Assembly: GCA_964519305.1 (NCBI GenBank)
Contig: CAZFHY010000032.1
Coordinates: forward strand, 1-17,489
From: Candidatus Undinarchaeota archaeon
GTDB taxonomy: Archaea > SpSt-1190 > JASMDC01
Length of the DNA: 17,489 nucleotides
Reading direction: 5' to 3'
The stretch's first letter is position 1, and each line of letters opens with the position of its first letter. This document shows, one piece after another, positions 7,757 through 14,674 of the stretch. Both the position numbers and the translations under genes were made by a program. The notes beneath the pieces were generated by a model. It did not search any database, was not told where the DNA came from, and worked only from the letters and a program-made list of their open reading frames with translations.

Positions 7757-8539
7757 CTAGCGCCGCCTCCTCTCCGCCTGTATCTGGTACTGGTCGAAGA
7801 TCTCATTGAAGAGGTTGTTGGTGTTCATACCGATCCGCCGGTCCACTTCGCTCACGACACCGGGATCGACACGCTTTTTCCCATAGCCATCGCCGACCTC
7901 GATACCCGCGCGGACGGCCTGCTTCACGGTCCCGAGTGCCTTGCCCTTGTTCGATCGGATGGACTTGTAGGCGTCGTCAAAGCCCTTTTTCAGGTATGGC
8001 TTGAGCGCCTCGGCATTGCTGTGGTATCCAGTGAGGTTATCGAGGAAGTCCCTGGCAACGTACCGGGTATCCACCATGTCCGTCATGAGAACTGACTCCA
8101 TGTCGATCCGTGTAGCCTTCTTACCGTCGTAGAACACGTTCTTTGCGTGACCGTCCCCTACGCCGAACACGAAGTCGTAGGCGCATACCTTACCGATCTC
8201 GTAGGCAAACCGCTTCGGGTTCTTGTCGATCGCGTTACGGGACTTGATTACCATGTCCCCTGACGCTGATTCCATAACGCCGAATCCTTTGTACTGCTTG
8301 ATGCGATAGGTAGGGAGACCGGCGTATCCCGCGAGCTTGGAGCCCACGATCTCCCCGCGCACGTCCCCCTCTTTCGCGTAGTACGAACCGGAGGACGAAA
8401 AAAGAAGCCCCTTCTCCTCAACATCGATGCGGTAGGCCGAATTGATGTTGCCCTCATCAATGCGGTAGGTCCCAGTGACGTTAGTTTTCTCACCGGAGAA
8501 ATCACGTACCGCATACTCAAGGGTAGAACGGGCCAGCAT
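7757..8539 (-). CDS. Atypical kinase-like protein (HipA / PI3-PI4-kinase / LanM-kinase-type fold), 260 aa
   Basis: EGNINSAYRI (Gly-loop-like), YYAKE (Lys), GEIVGSKLA..AGLP (helix C Glu), YDFVFGVGDGHAKNV (DxHxxN), RIDME (metal-binding Asp). Start revised to ATG 8539, 25 nt from TTTAAATA. Confidence 0.72.
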   Translation of the reverse strand: MLARSTLEYAVRDFSGEKTNVTGTYRIDEGNINSAYRIDVEEKGLLFSSSGSYYAKEGDVRGEIVGSKLAGYAGLPTYRIKQYKGFGVMESASGDMVIKSRNAIDKNPKRFAYEIGKVCAYDFVFGVGDGHAKNVFYDGKKATRIDMESVLMTDMVDTRYVARDFLDNLTGYHSNAEALKPYLKKGFDDAYKSIRSNKGKALGTVKQAVRAGIEVGDGYGKKRVDPGVVSEVDRRIGMNTNNLFNEIFDQYQIQAERRRR

Positions 8540-8564
8540 GCTACTACTATATAGTGGTAACAAC

Positions 8565-8572
8565 TATTTAAA
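8565..8572 (-). promoter_or_regulatory. TATA box TTTAAATA for the kinase-like gene, overlapping the methyltransferase stop codon
   Basis: Consensus-like archaeal TATA 25 nt upstream of ATG 8539. Confidence 0.65.
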
Positions 8573-9179
8573 GGTTTCCCTTCTCGACCCCCTTACGGCC
8601 TATGACTACCATGTGCCGACCTCCGTGACGACCTGCGCGCATAGTGGAGAACGGGTACCATGTTGAAGAGACGACGTGGGTGGAGAACCCTAGCTTGCGC
8701 ATTCGTGCTTCAGCGTCCAAGTACCATGGATCGATGCCTTCGAACTCGGTGTAGCTCCAGTAGAAACGCCCTTCGGGGGAAAGGACGCGGTCCACCTCCT
8801 CGAAGTACTTTCTAGGATGGAGATCTAGGTTCGTAGATACAACGACATTGAAGCGTTCATCTGGAAGGGAGCGCGCGTCGAGACGACGATATTCGATAGG
8901 GATGCGTAAGAGCCGGGAGAGGGACCTTCCAAGGCCGAGGGAAGTACCATCGATGTCACCGACAACGTAACGATCGGCCCCACCGGCGTAGAATCCTTGG
9001 AGAGGGATCCCACCCCCGCCGAGGTCTAGAACCTGGCAACCAGTGAGGTCTACTAGCTGGCGGAGCTTAAGATGATGACGCCAGCCGAGATTGAGGAACG
9101 TATGGAATAAAGAGAACCGGAGGGCTCGGAGGGGCCGCCGTCGACCTGAACGCGACGGCGGACCGACGGAGCGTCCCAT
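8568..9179 (-). CDS. Class I SAM-dependent methyltransferase
   Basis: Motif I VLDLGGGG, acidic VVGDID, LDARSLPDERFNVVVS, EVDRVLSPEGRF. Substrate unknown and start uncertain. Confidence 0.85.
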   Translation of the reverse strand: MGRSVGPPSRSGRRRPLRALRFSLFHTFLNLGWRHHLKLRQLVDLTGCQVLDLGGGGIPLQGFYAGGADRYVVGDIDGTSLGLGRSLSRLLRIPIEYRRLDARSLPDERFNVVVSTNLDLHPRKYFEEVDRVLSPEGRFYWSYTEFEGIDPWYLDAEARMRKLGFSTHVVSSTWYPFSTMRAGRHGGRHMVVIGRKGVEKGNL

Positions 9180-9194
9180 GGGGGACTGAACTGA

Positions 9195-9386
9195 TTACTT
9201 GTACTGCTCGGCGCAGAACTGCATCTGAGCGGCGAGGTAGTTGGAGATGAAGCTCAGGGAGCGCGCGGCGAGGATGTCCGCGCAGGTGAGCATGTCCTTC
9301 TCCGACTTCGCACACTCGTCCTTTTCGCTGCAGTTTGCACAGATGTGCACCACGAAGTCCTTCATGGGGCTCTCGATGATGGTCAT
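9195..9386 (-). CDS. Small Cys-rich hypothetical protein (63 aa)
   Basis: GC3-rich codon usage, own TATA-like TTTTTATTT (9408-9416) about 21 nt upstream, pattern CxxC-x5-C-x9-C plus a fifth Cys. Confidence 0.75.
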   Translation of the reverse strand: MTIIESPMKDFVVHICANCSEKDECAKSEKDMLTCADILAARSLSFISNYLAAQMQFCAEQYK

Positions 9387-9441
9387 GGACCGTGACTAGA
9401 TGATTAGAAATAAAAACTCTTCCCGAGCATGGGCCGATCCA

Positions 9442-10017
9442 TCAAAGGTGGATCTCCATGCGGGAGTCGTGGTGCCTGTCCCGCTTCTTGCGTTCTTGCT
9501 CGGAGAGCTGGTACATCTGGTAATATGGGTCCGTATCGCGGTCGAGTAGCGAGGTGAACGCGTTCACCAAGGCCGCGAAGCCCAGGAACGCGAAAGCGGG
9601 GATGGTGCCCTCTGCCATGACTGTGGCTATGGAGGCGAATGTCTCGAACAAGGCCTGGATCAGCGGTTCCTCACCTGCGATCGGTTCAACGACCTTGAGG
9701 GTGATCTGGCTCTGGGCACCGTACATGATAGGGATCCATGAGAGGAGCACGAACGCCCCGAAAATGATCGATAAGGTGCGCTGGCCATCCTCCATGGCGG
9801 CTCGGAAGGCGAAGAACACGCGCTTCTCGCAGAAGAAGAGGTAGAGACCGATAGGGGCGAGGCGGATAGCACAGATCATGAGGGTGTTATTGATGACATC
9901 CCCGATCTCGTCGATGGAAAGCGTGAACCGGAAAGGATAGAACACGGCCAGGAGTACGATGGGATAGACGAAGAGCCCTGTCATGCCCCTGTCAGCATCC
10001 TCGAGCTGGGGCCGCAT
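9442..10017 (-). CDS. Hypothetical membrane protein (about 4 TM segments)
   Basis: Four hydrophobic stretches and a charged C-tail; TATA-like TTTTTATC at 10041-10048, 23 nt upstream of the ATG. Confidence 0.8.
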   Translation of the reverse strand: MRPQLEDADRGMTGLFVYPIVLLAVFYPFRFTLSIDEIGDVINNTLMICAIRLAPIGLYLFFCEKRVFFAFRAAMEDGQRTLSIIFGAFVLLSWIPIMYGAQSQITLKVVEPIAGEEPLIQALFETFASIATVMAEGTIPAFAFLGFAALVNAFTSLLDRDTDPYYQMYQLSEQERKKRDRHHDSRMEIHL

Positions 10018-10051
10018 AGGTCCTTATTGACCACTCACTGGATAAAAAGGT

Positions 10052-10516
10052 TCACACTAGCCGGTAGGTATTCCGGGTATTGTCTTCCTCGTAATCGCCA
10101 CCGCGCGGATGGTCCCATGCCTGTGGTGTCCTTTCCCAGAACTCCCCTGCGGCATGGTCCTCTTCTTGCGTGAGGCGCATGTAGTTGTTTAGCTCACCGA
10201 ACAGGGCGTTGTCCTCGGAAAGGTCGGAGAACTGGTTGAGAAGGCGTAATATCCATTCCCTTCGTTGGGCGGGTGGGAGCTCTTTGCGGATGAACTCGAG
10301 ACGAGAGCGGAGGTCCGCCTCGCGGTCGATGTTCTCCGGGTGAGGGTCCTGCACGGGCCATAGGGGCTCATCATCGAACACCGGTTCAGGGTCGATGACG
10401 GGTGCTGCAGGGATAGCATCGAGTTCAGGGATTGGACCTATGACTGGGTCCTCTTCATCAGAGGGCCCTTCCATGAACGGACTGAGCAAGCTAGTGAGCG
10501 GATCGTCGTCATTCAC
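10052..10516 (-). CDS. Hypothetical acidic, Pro-rich protein (154 aa)
   Basis: Start revised to GTG 10516 (MNDDDPLTSLL) behind SD-like GAGGT, just after the stop of 10527..10748. The track's Ser/Arg-rich extension is the off-frame read of that gene. Confidence 0.7.
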   Translation of the reverse strand: MNDDDPLTSLLSPFMEGPSDEEDPVIGPIPELDAIPAAPVIDPEPVFDDEPLWPVQDPHPENIDREADLRSRLEFIRKELPPAQRREWILRLLNQFSDLSEDNALFGELNNYMRLTQEEDHAAGEFWERTPQAWDHPRGGDYEEDNTRNTYRLV

Positions 10517-10526
10517 GGAGAATACC

Positions 10527-10748
10527 TCAGTAGTTATGGTAGTCCTCGTAGAGGTCCGACTCGGAGTCCCACTTGTCGATCTCCGGGAACTCCGGCGTGA
10601 TGACCTCTTTGAAGATAAGGAGGATGAGTATGGCGGCAACGAGCAGCGATATCGGGGTTGAGAAGAAGTTCACGACTACCGAAATGAAGATGGCCAGGAG
10701 TCCCAGGCCAAAGAGGTAGTTCATAGACATGAATTCTTCGTGTCCCAT
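10527..10748 (-). CDS. Small two-TM membrane protein (73 aa) with acidic Tyr-containing tail
   Basis: Hydrophobic LFGLGLLAIFISVVVNFF and ISLLVAAILILLIF, tail DKWDSESDLYEDYHNY; TATA 28 nt upstream. Confidence 0.75.
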   Translation of the reverse strand: MGHEEFMSMNYLFGLGLLAIFISVVVNFFSTPISLLVAAILILLIFKEVITPEFPEIDKWDSESDLYEDYHNY

Positions 10749-10776
10749 TTCCTTACCAAAAGAGCACCGTCGGAAG

Positions 10777-10784
10777 TTTTTATA
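10777..10784. promoter_or_regulatory. Bidirectional TATA element TTTTTATA / TATAAAAA
   Basis: 28 nt from ATG 10748 (-) and 29 nt from ATG 10814 (+). Confidence 0.6.
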
Positions 10785-10813
10785 GTTTTCCTATGATAAC
10801 TATACCGAACGCT

Positions 10814-11923
10814 ATGACTCGGCTCCTCCTTCTCTCGAACGTACACGGGGATGGTCTCTTCCTTTCTCACGTCCTTGAGGAGGGCAGGAAGACCGGGGTG
10901 GACGGTCTTCTTGTCAGCGGTGATCTGGGTGGTGACCGGGCTTGGCCGGTCCATCCTGAAGCTGACGATCTCGATCGTGCCTTCCTTGAGAGACGGGGCG
11001 TCATGCCATATCCGGTGGACGCTACCACCTTCGATGCTTTTGCTCGCCATTTCAACGATCTTCTTGATATGAAGGCCACGGCGGAGGATATGGCCTCTCT
11101 TGACCACTTGTTCAAGGAGGGTGCTGCCAAGCTAGAAGGGTCCGATTTCGGTAAGAGGTCGCTCACAACGGTGCTGGGGATGATCGAGACGTTCTGTACC
11201 GATAACGACCTCCCCTGCCTGATGGTACCGGGCTCCGGGGATATCGATAGCGCCTCTGACCTGATAGAAGCGACCGGGGCGCGAACGCCCCTTTTCAAGC
11301 TCATCCACGGGGACTGTGCCGACATCGGCGACCTTGCCATCGTTGGCCTAGGCCGGGTCGTGACAACTGACAGTTCCGGGACGATGGAGACACTTTTCAC
11401 CAAGAGTCCCGCATCGTTCTTCGCCGGACATGCCCGCTCACGACCGGAGGTCCACAGGTCCGTGGGGCATAACGAGCTCCCGGAAAAGGACGCTGGCAGG
11501 CTTCTGGGCCGGGGCTACAAGAAAGCAAGAGGACGCCCGGTAGTGCTCCTCAGCCACACGCCACCATTCGCATCGGGAGCGGACCTCGTTGTCTCAAAAG
11601 AGGGGCAGGTGCATCCCACCGGATCGTCCGCTGTGCGTACGTACGCTACGCATGCCGAGACGATCTTCGTCAATACTGGCCACATCCGGGCCTGTACAGG
11701 GCTCACACGCATCGGTGAGACGCTGATCGTCAATACGGGACAGCTCGCCGGACTTGAGCGACCCCTGTACAACGTACGCAACGTTGTGGACGAGGTCGCC
11801 ACGTCGTACGTGCCCGTGGCCATCTGGGAGCCGTTGGGCGGGATGGCCGCCATCGCAGAGGTGGAGGGACGGGATGTCCGTGCCTCACCCATCATCGTGA
11901 CCGAACATGTCGAGGACGCATAG
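10814..11923 (+). CDS. Calcineurin-like (Icc-related) metallophosphoesterase-fold protein, degenerate active site (369 aa)
   Basis: LLLSNVHGD, LVSGDLG, VPGSGD, LLSHTPP, NTGHIR, IVNTG. Start revised to ATG 10814 on TATA spacing. Confidence 0.85.
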   Translation: MTRLLLLSNVHGDGLFLSHVLEEGRKTGVDGLLVSGDLGGDRAWPVHPEADDLDRAFLERRGVMPYPVDATTFDAFARHFNDLLDMKATAEDMASLDHLFKEGAAKLEGSDFGKRSLTTVLGMIETFCTDNDLPCLMVPGSGDIDSASDLIEATGARTPLFKLIHGDCADIGDLAIVGLGRVVTTDSSGTMETLFTKSPASFFAGHARSRPEVHRSVGHNELPEKDAGRLLGRGYKKARGRPVVLLSHTPPFASGADLVVSKEGQVHPTGSSAVRTYATHAETIFVNTGHIRACTGLTRIGETLIVNTGQLAGLERPLYNVRNVVDEVATSYVPVAIWEPLGGMAAIAEVEGRDVRASPIIVTEHVEDA

Positions 11924-13013
11924 GTTCCGGGCGGTACTAGTCGCCGACATCCATGGGGATGTAGAGAACACGCGCCGAGCCGTGCGGTTCCATCTCTCAC
12001 GTAAAGCGGACGCATTCTTGGTTGCCGGTGACGTGGGCTCTCGTGCAGTCTGGCCCATTTCCCCTGATGCCACGGTGAAGGAGAGTGACACGCTCAGGGA
12101 GCGGGGCTACTTCCCCTTCAAGGTAACGCAGGACGAGCACCGGCGGTTCGAGGAGTACGTGAAGGATGTGAAGGAGGAACGCCCCGTGGACAAGGAGCGT
12201 GTGACGTGGGTCGAAAAGCTCATCGAGCGCGGCCGAGAGGACCCGGATTTCAAGGGCTTCACGCGTAAGAGCCTCAGGGACGTTATGGATGTCCTCAAGA
12301 CCATCAAGAAGCAGCCTGTGGCCATAGTGTTGGGCGAGCAGGATTACTTCAACGCCGAGCGTGTGGTGGAGGAGGTGGCAGAGGACCACCCGAACATCGT
12401 CCATGCCCACGGGCGGGCGGTCCCCCTCGGCGACGATCTGGCCGTCGTAGGCCTCGGACGTGTCGTTGAGCTGATGCCCACTGGGCTTCCCACATCGCTC
12501 ATCCCCTGGGAATCGTACTATCTCAACACCTTCCATACACAGGTCCTGACCCAGAACGCACCCCGCCTGGAATATTCTGAAGAGGAGTACGGCCGCCTTC
12601 TCCTTCGTGCATATCGAAAAGCAGAAGGGAAACGGATCATCCTGCTCTCGCATGTCCCTCCATACCGCTCGGGCGCCGATATTGGTATCTTCGGTGATCC
12701 TGAGGACGAAGAGAAGTTCAAGGTGTTCTTCGTCGGATCTAGGATGGTGGCCAAGTTCGCCCACCGTCCTGCGACGGCCGTCGTGGGTTGCGGTCATGTA
12801 CACTCGTGCGTTGGGATGACCTACCTCGAGGGTACTCCTGTGGTCAATCCTGGGCAACTGCGGATGATGGAGAATCCCATCATGAACCTGCGGACCTACC
12901 GGGATCCTTTCGCACGCGAGTACGTCGCCGGGCCTCGCTGGGACGCTATAGGTTGTGGTGGGGCCTTGCTCGAGATCGGACCGGAGATCGATGCGAACAG
13001 GTTCGAGGTCTAG
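11907..13013 (+). CDS. Calcineurin-like (Icc-related) metallophosphoesterase-fold protein, paralog of the preceding gene
   Basis: VLVADIHGD, LVAGDVG, VLGEQD, LLSHVPPY, VGS, CGHVH, VVNPG; 17-bp overlap with the upstream paralog. Confidence 0.9.
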   Translation: MSRTHRFRAVLVADIHGDVENTRRAVRFHLSRKADAFLVAGDVGSRAVWPISPDATVKESDTLRERGYFPFKVTQDEHRRFEEYVKDVKEERPVDKERVTWVEKLIERGREDPDFKGFTRKSLRDVMDVLKTIKKQPVAIVLGEQDYFNAERVVEEVAEDHPNIVHAHGRAVPLGDDLAVVGLGRVVELMPTGLPTSLIPWESYYLNTFHTQVLTQNAPRLEYSEEEYGRLLLRAYRKAEGKRIILLSHVPPYRSGADIGIFGDPEDEEKFKVFFVGSRMVAKFAHRPATAVVGCGHVHSCVGMTYLEGTPVVNPGQLRMMENPIMNLRTYRDPFAREYVAGPRWDAIGCGGALLEIGPEIDANRFEV

Positions 13014-13024
13014 ATCCTGTAGAT

Positions 13025-14554
13025 TTACTCATTGATCTCTACCGGGCCGCCTATGGCAGCAGTCACTTCCCTGGCATCGAGGAGGTCCGAGCGCAAGGTG
13101 AGTGCTCGCATCGCCATGGCTGTGAATGGGACAACGGCTGCCCCGTTCCTGTCCTCCCACATACCGTCCTCGCCCCGTAGATCAAGGAGCAATGGGTACC
13201 CCACGAGCTGGAGCTCCTCCAACGCCTCGATGAGCTTGGGATCGTTGTCCACGTCCGTCCCTGGTGGCGGATCCGTCATGGCGCCACTGACTGCGGCCAG
13301 AACGAGCGCGAGACCGGGGTGTGGGACCATTACTTTCCCGTAACCGAAACCGAACCGCTCGGCAGAGGCCTCGTCATCGCTCATGCTCTCGAGCTCATCG
13401 GTCCCGATGGTCGCTAGCTCATGGAGCGCCTTAGTGACCGTGCGCTCACATTCGAACACACGTCCCTCGTCACCGTCCCGGTGGAACGCGGGGACAGAGG
13501 CCGAGAGCGCGATGGTGGCGAGGGCCATGAGGTACGGCGCTCGAGCGTTCACGAGCGTCTCTTTCCGCTCGATAGTGTCTATGTAGTGGAATGTCTTCCC
13601 CTTCACATCAAGGACTAGCAGGTCGGCCAAGCGCCGGAGGAGCTGGTTCGCCATCTCGACCGTCTCCTTCTCCTCACCCAGGTGGGCAAGTGTTGCGGTA
13701 TATGCTGATAGTGCGAGCACGCACTCGCATCGCGAGAACGTGCGCAACCGCTGCTGGATTTGATCTTCGAGGTGTGCGTTCAGAGCAGTGAACGATTCCG
13801 CTGCCATTTTGGTAATGGCTTGCGCTTCTTCCTCTACATGGGACCGTTCCTCAACTGTCAAGCGACGTTCGACCTTGAGGGTATGGTTGAGATAATGGAC
13901 CGCCTCGGCGCATACTCGTAGGAACCGCGCCTCCGATTCGGGGCGCATGATATCGCTGAATCCCTCCAGACCGAGGTCGGGATCTGCCAGAGAATCTGCT
14001 GATCGTAGCTTGTCCAGTAGCGGTCGCATATCCTCGTACCTGATGTGGAACGACTTACTGTAATGGTACAGGTCCAGTTCTAGGAGGGTCAAGAGCCCGT
14101 CACAGAACGAGAGGAGCCCCTCTGCTTCAAGCGTGGCGGTCTGCAAGGCCCTGAGGGACGTTGCGGCACGTGACGGATCGGCAGGGCGGTCTTCGGGCCG
14201 CAGGGTGGCAGCGAAGTCAGGTTCGATGCTCAAGTGGTCGTTCCCCCTGATCCTTAGGACCTCCCCTATCTCCTGATCGCGCTCCTTCCGCTTTCCTGAG
14301 GCATCGATGATCTCGATCACGTGCTGGGACAACCGCCGGAGCACATGTGTCTCCAGGTCCTTAGGCGAGCGCACCCAAAGGGGGTGGAGCTCGCGCTTCA
14401 AGGCGCTATACAGATCATCAACAGTGATCTCGGGATGCTCATAGACGTGTTTGATCACGAGAAGACGGGCTTCGTTCCTGTTCTCCACGTTGTTCACGAA
14501 AATGGACCCTGTGGTGCGTAACTGGTGTAATGTCCGGGGATCGAGCCGCGCCAT
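13025..14554 (-). CDS. Hypothetical protein, possible N-terminal winged helix and C-terminal alpha/alpha-barrel
   Basis: 509-aa ORF with TATA TTAAATA (14578-14584) 23 nt upstream. RLLVIKHVYEHPEITVDDLYSAL is wHTH-like; LLDLRGEDGMW...FTAMAMRAL resembles a prenyltransferase/squalene-cyclase QW-type repeat. The domain calls are tentative. Confidence 0.8.
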   Translation of the reverse strand: MARLDPRTLHQLRTTGSIFVNNVENRNEARLLVIKHVYEHPEITVDDLYSALKRELHPLWVRSPKDLETHVLRRLSQHVIEIIDASGKRKERDQEIGEVLRIRGNDHLSIEPDFAATLRPEDRPADPSRAATSLRALQTATLEAEGLLSFCDGLLTLLELDLYHYSKSFHIRYEDMRPLLDKLRSADSLADPDLGLEGFSDIMRPESEARFLRVCAEAVHYLNHTLKVERRLTVEERSHVEEEAQAITKMAAESFTALNAHLEDQIQQRLRTFSRCECVLALSAYTATLAHLGEEKETVEMANQLLRRLADLLVLDVKGKTFHYIDTIERKETLVNARAPYLMALATIALSASVPAFHRDGDEGRVFECERTVTKALHELATIGTDELESMSDDEASAERFGFGYGKVMVPHPGLALVLAAVSGAMTDPPPGTDVDNDPKLIEALEELQLVGYPLLLDLRGEDGMWEDRNGAAVVPFTAMAMRALTLRSDLLDAREVTAAIGGPVEINE

Positions 14555-14598
14555 GTGTATACCAATGGCGTAAGAGATATTTAAGTATTCGTCTACAC

Positions 14599-14617
14599 TT
14601 TACACTGAAAGTGTAAA
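14599..14617. promoter_or_regulatory. Perfect inverted repeat TTTACACT-N3-AGTGTAAA, candidate operator
   Basis: 8-bp arms between divergent TATA boxes at 14578-14584 (-) and 14630-14635 (+). Confidence 0.6.
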
Positions 14618-14674
14618 AGTTGGGTGGTACTTATACCATCGGCACGACTAGTTACTACAGAGGGGTGACCTACA

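Noticed and set aside
7757-9386. RiPP (lanthipeptide-like) cluster of Cys peptide, methyltransferase and LanM-like kinase
   Set aside because: No recognisable leader/core split, cyclase, peptidase or exporter; the peptide looks like a folded metal-binding protein.
10721-11403. Minus-strand ORFs 10721..11107 and 10867..11403
   Set aside because: Antisense to the motif-supported phosphoesterase; 10721..11107 also runs across the promoter.
11997-12857. 286-aa minus-strand ORF
   Set aside because: Antisense shadow of the second phosphoesterase, with no motifs.
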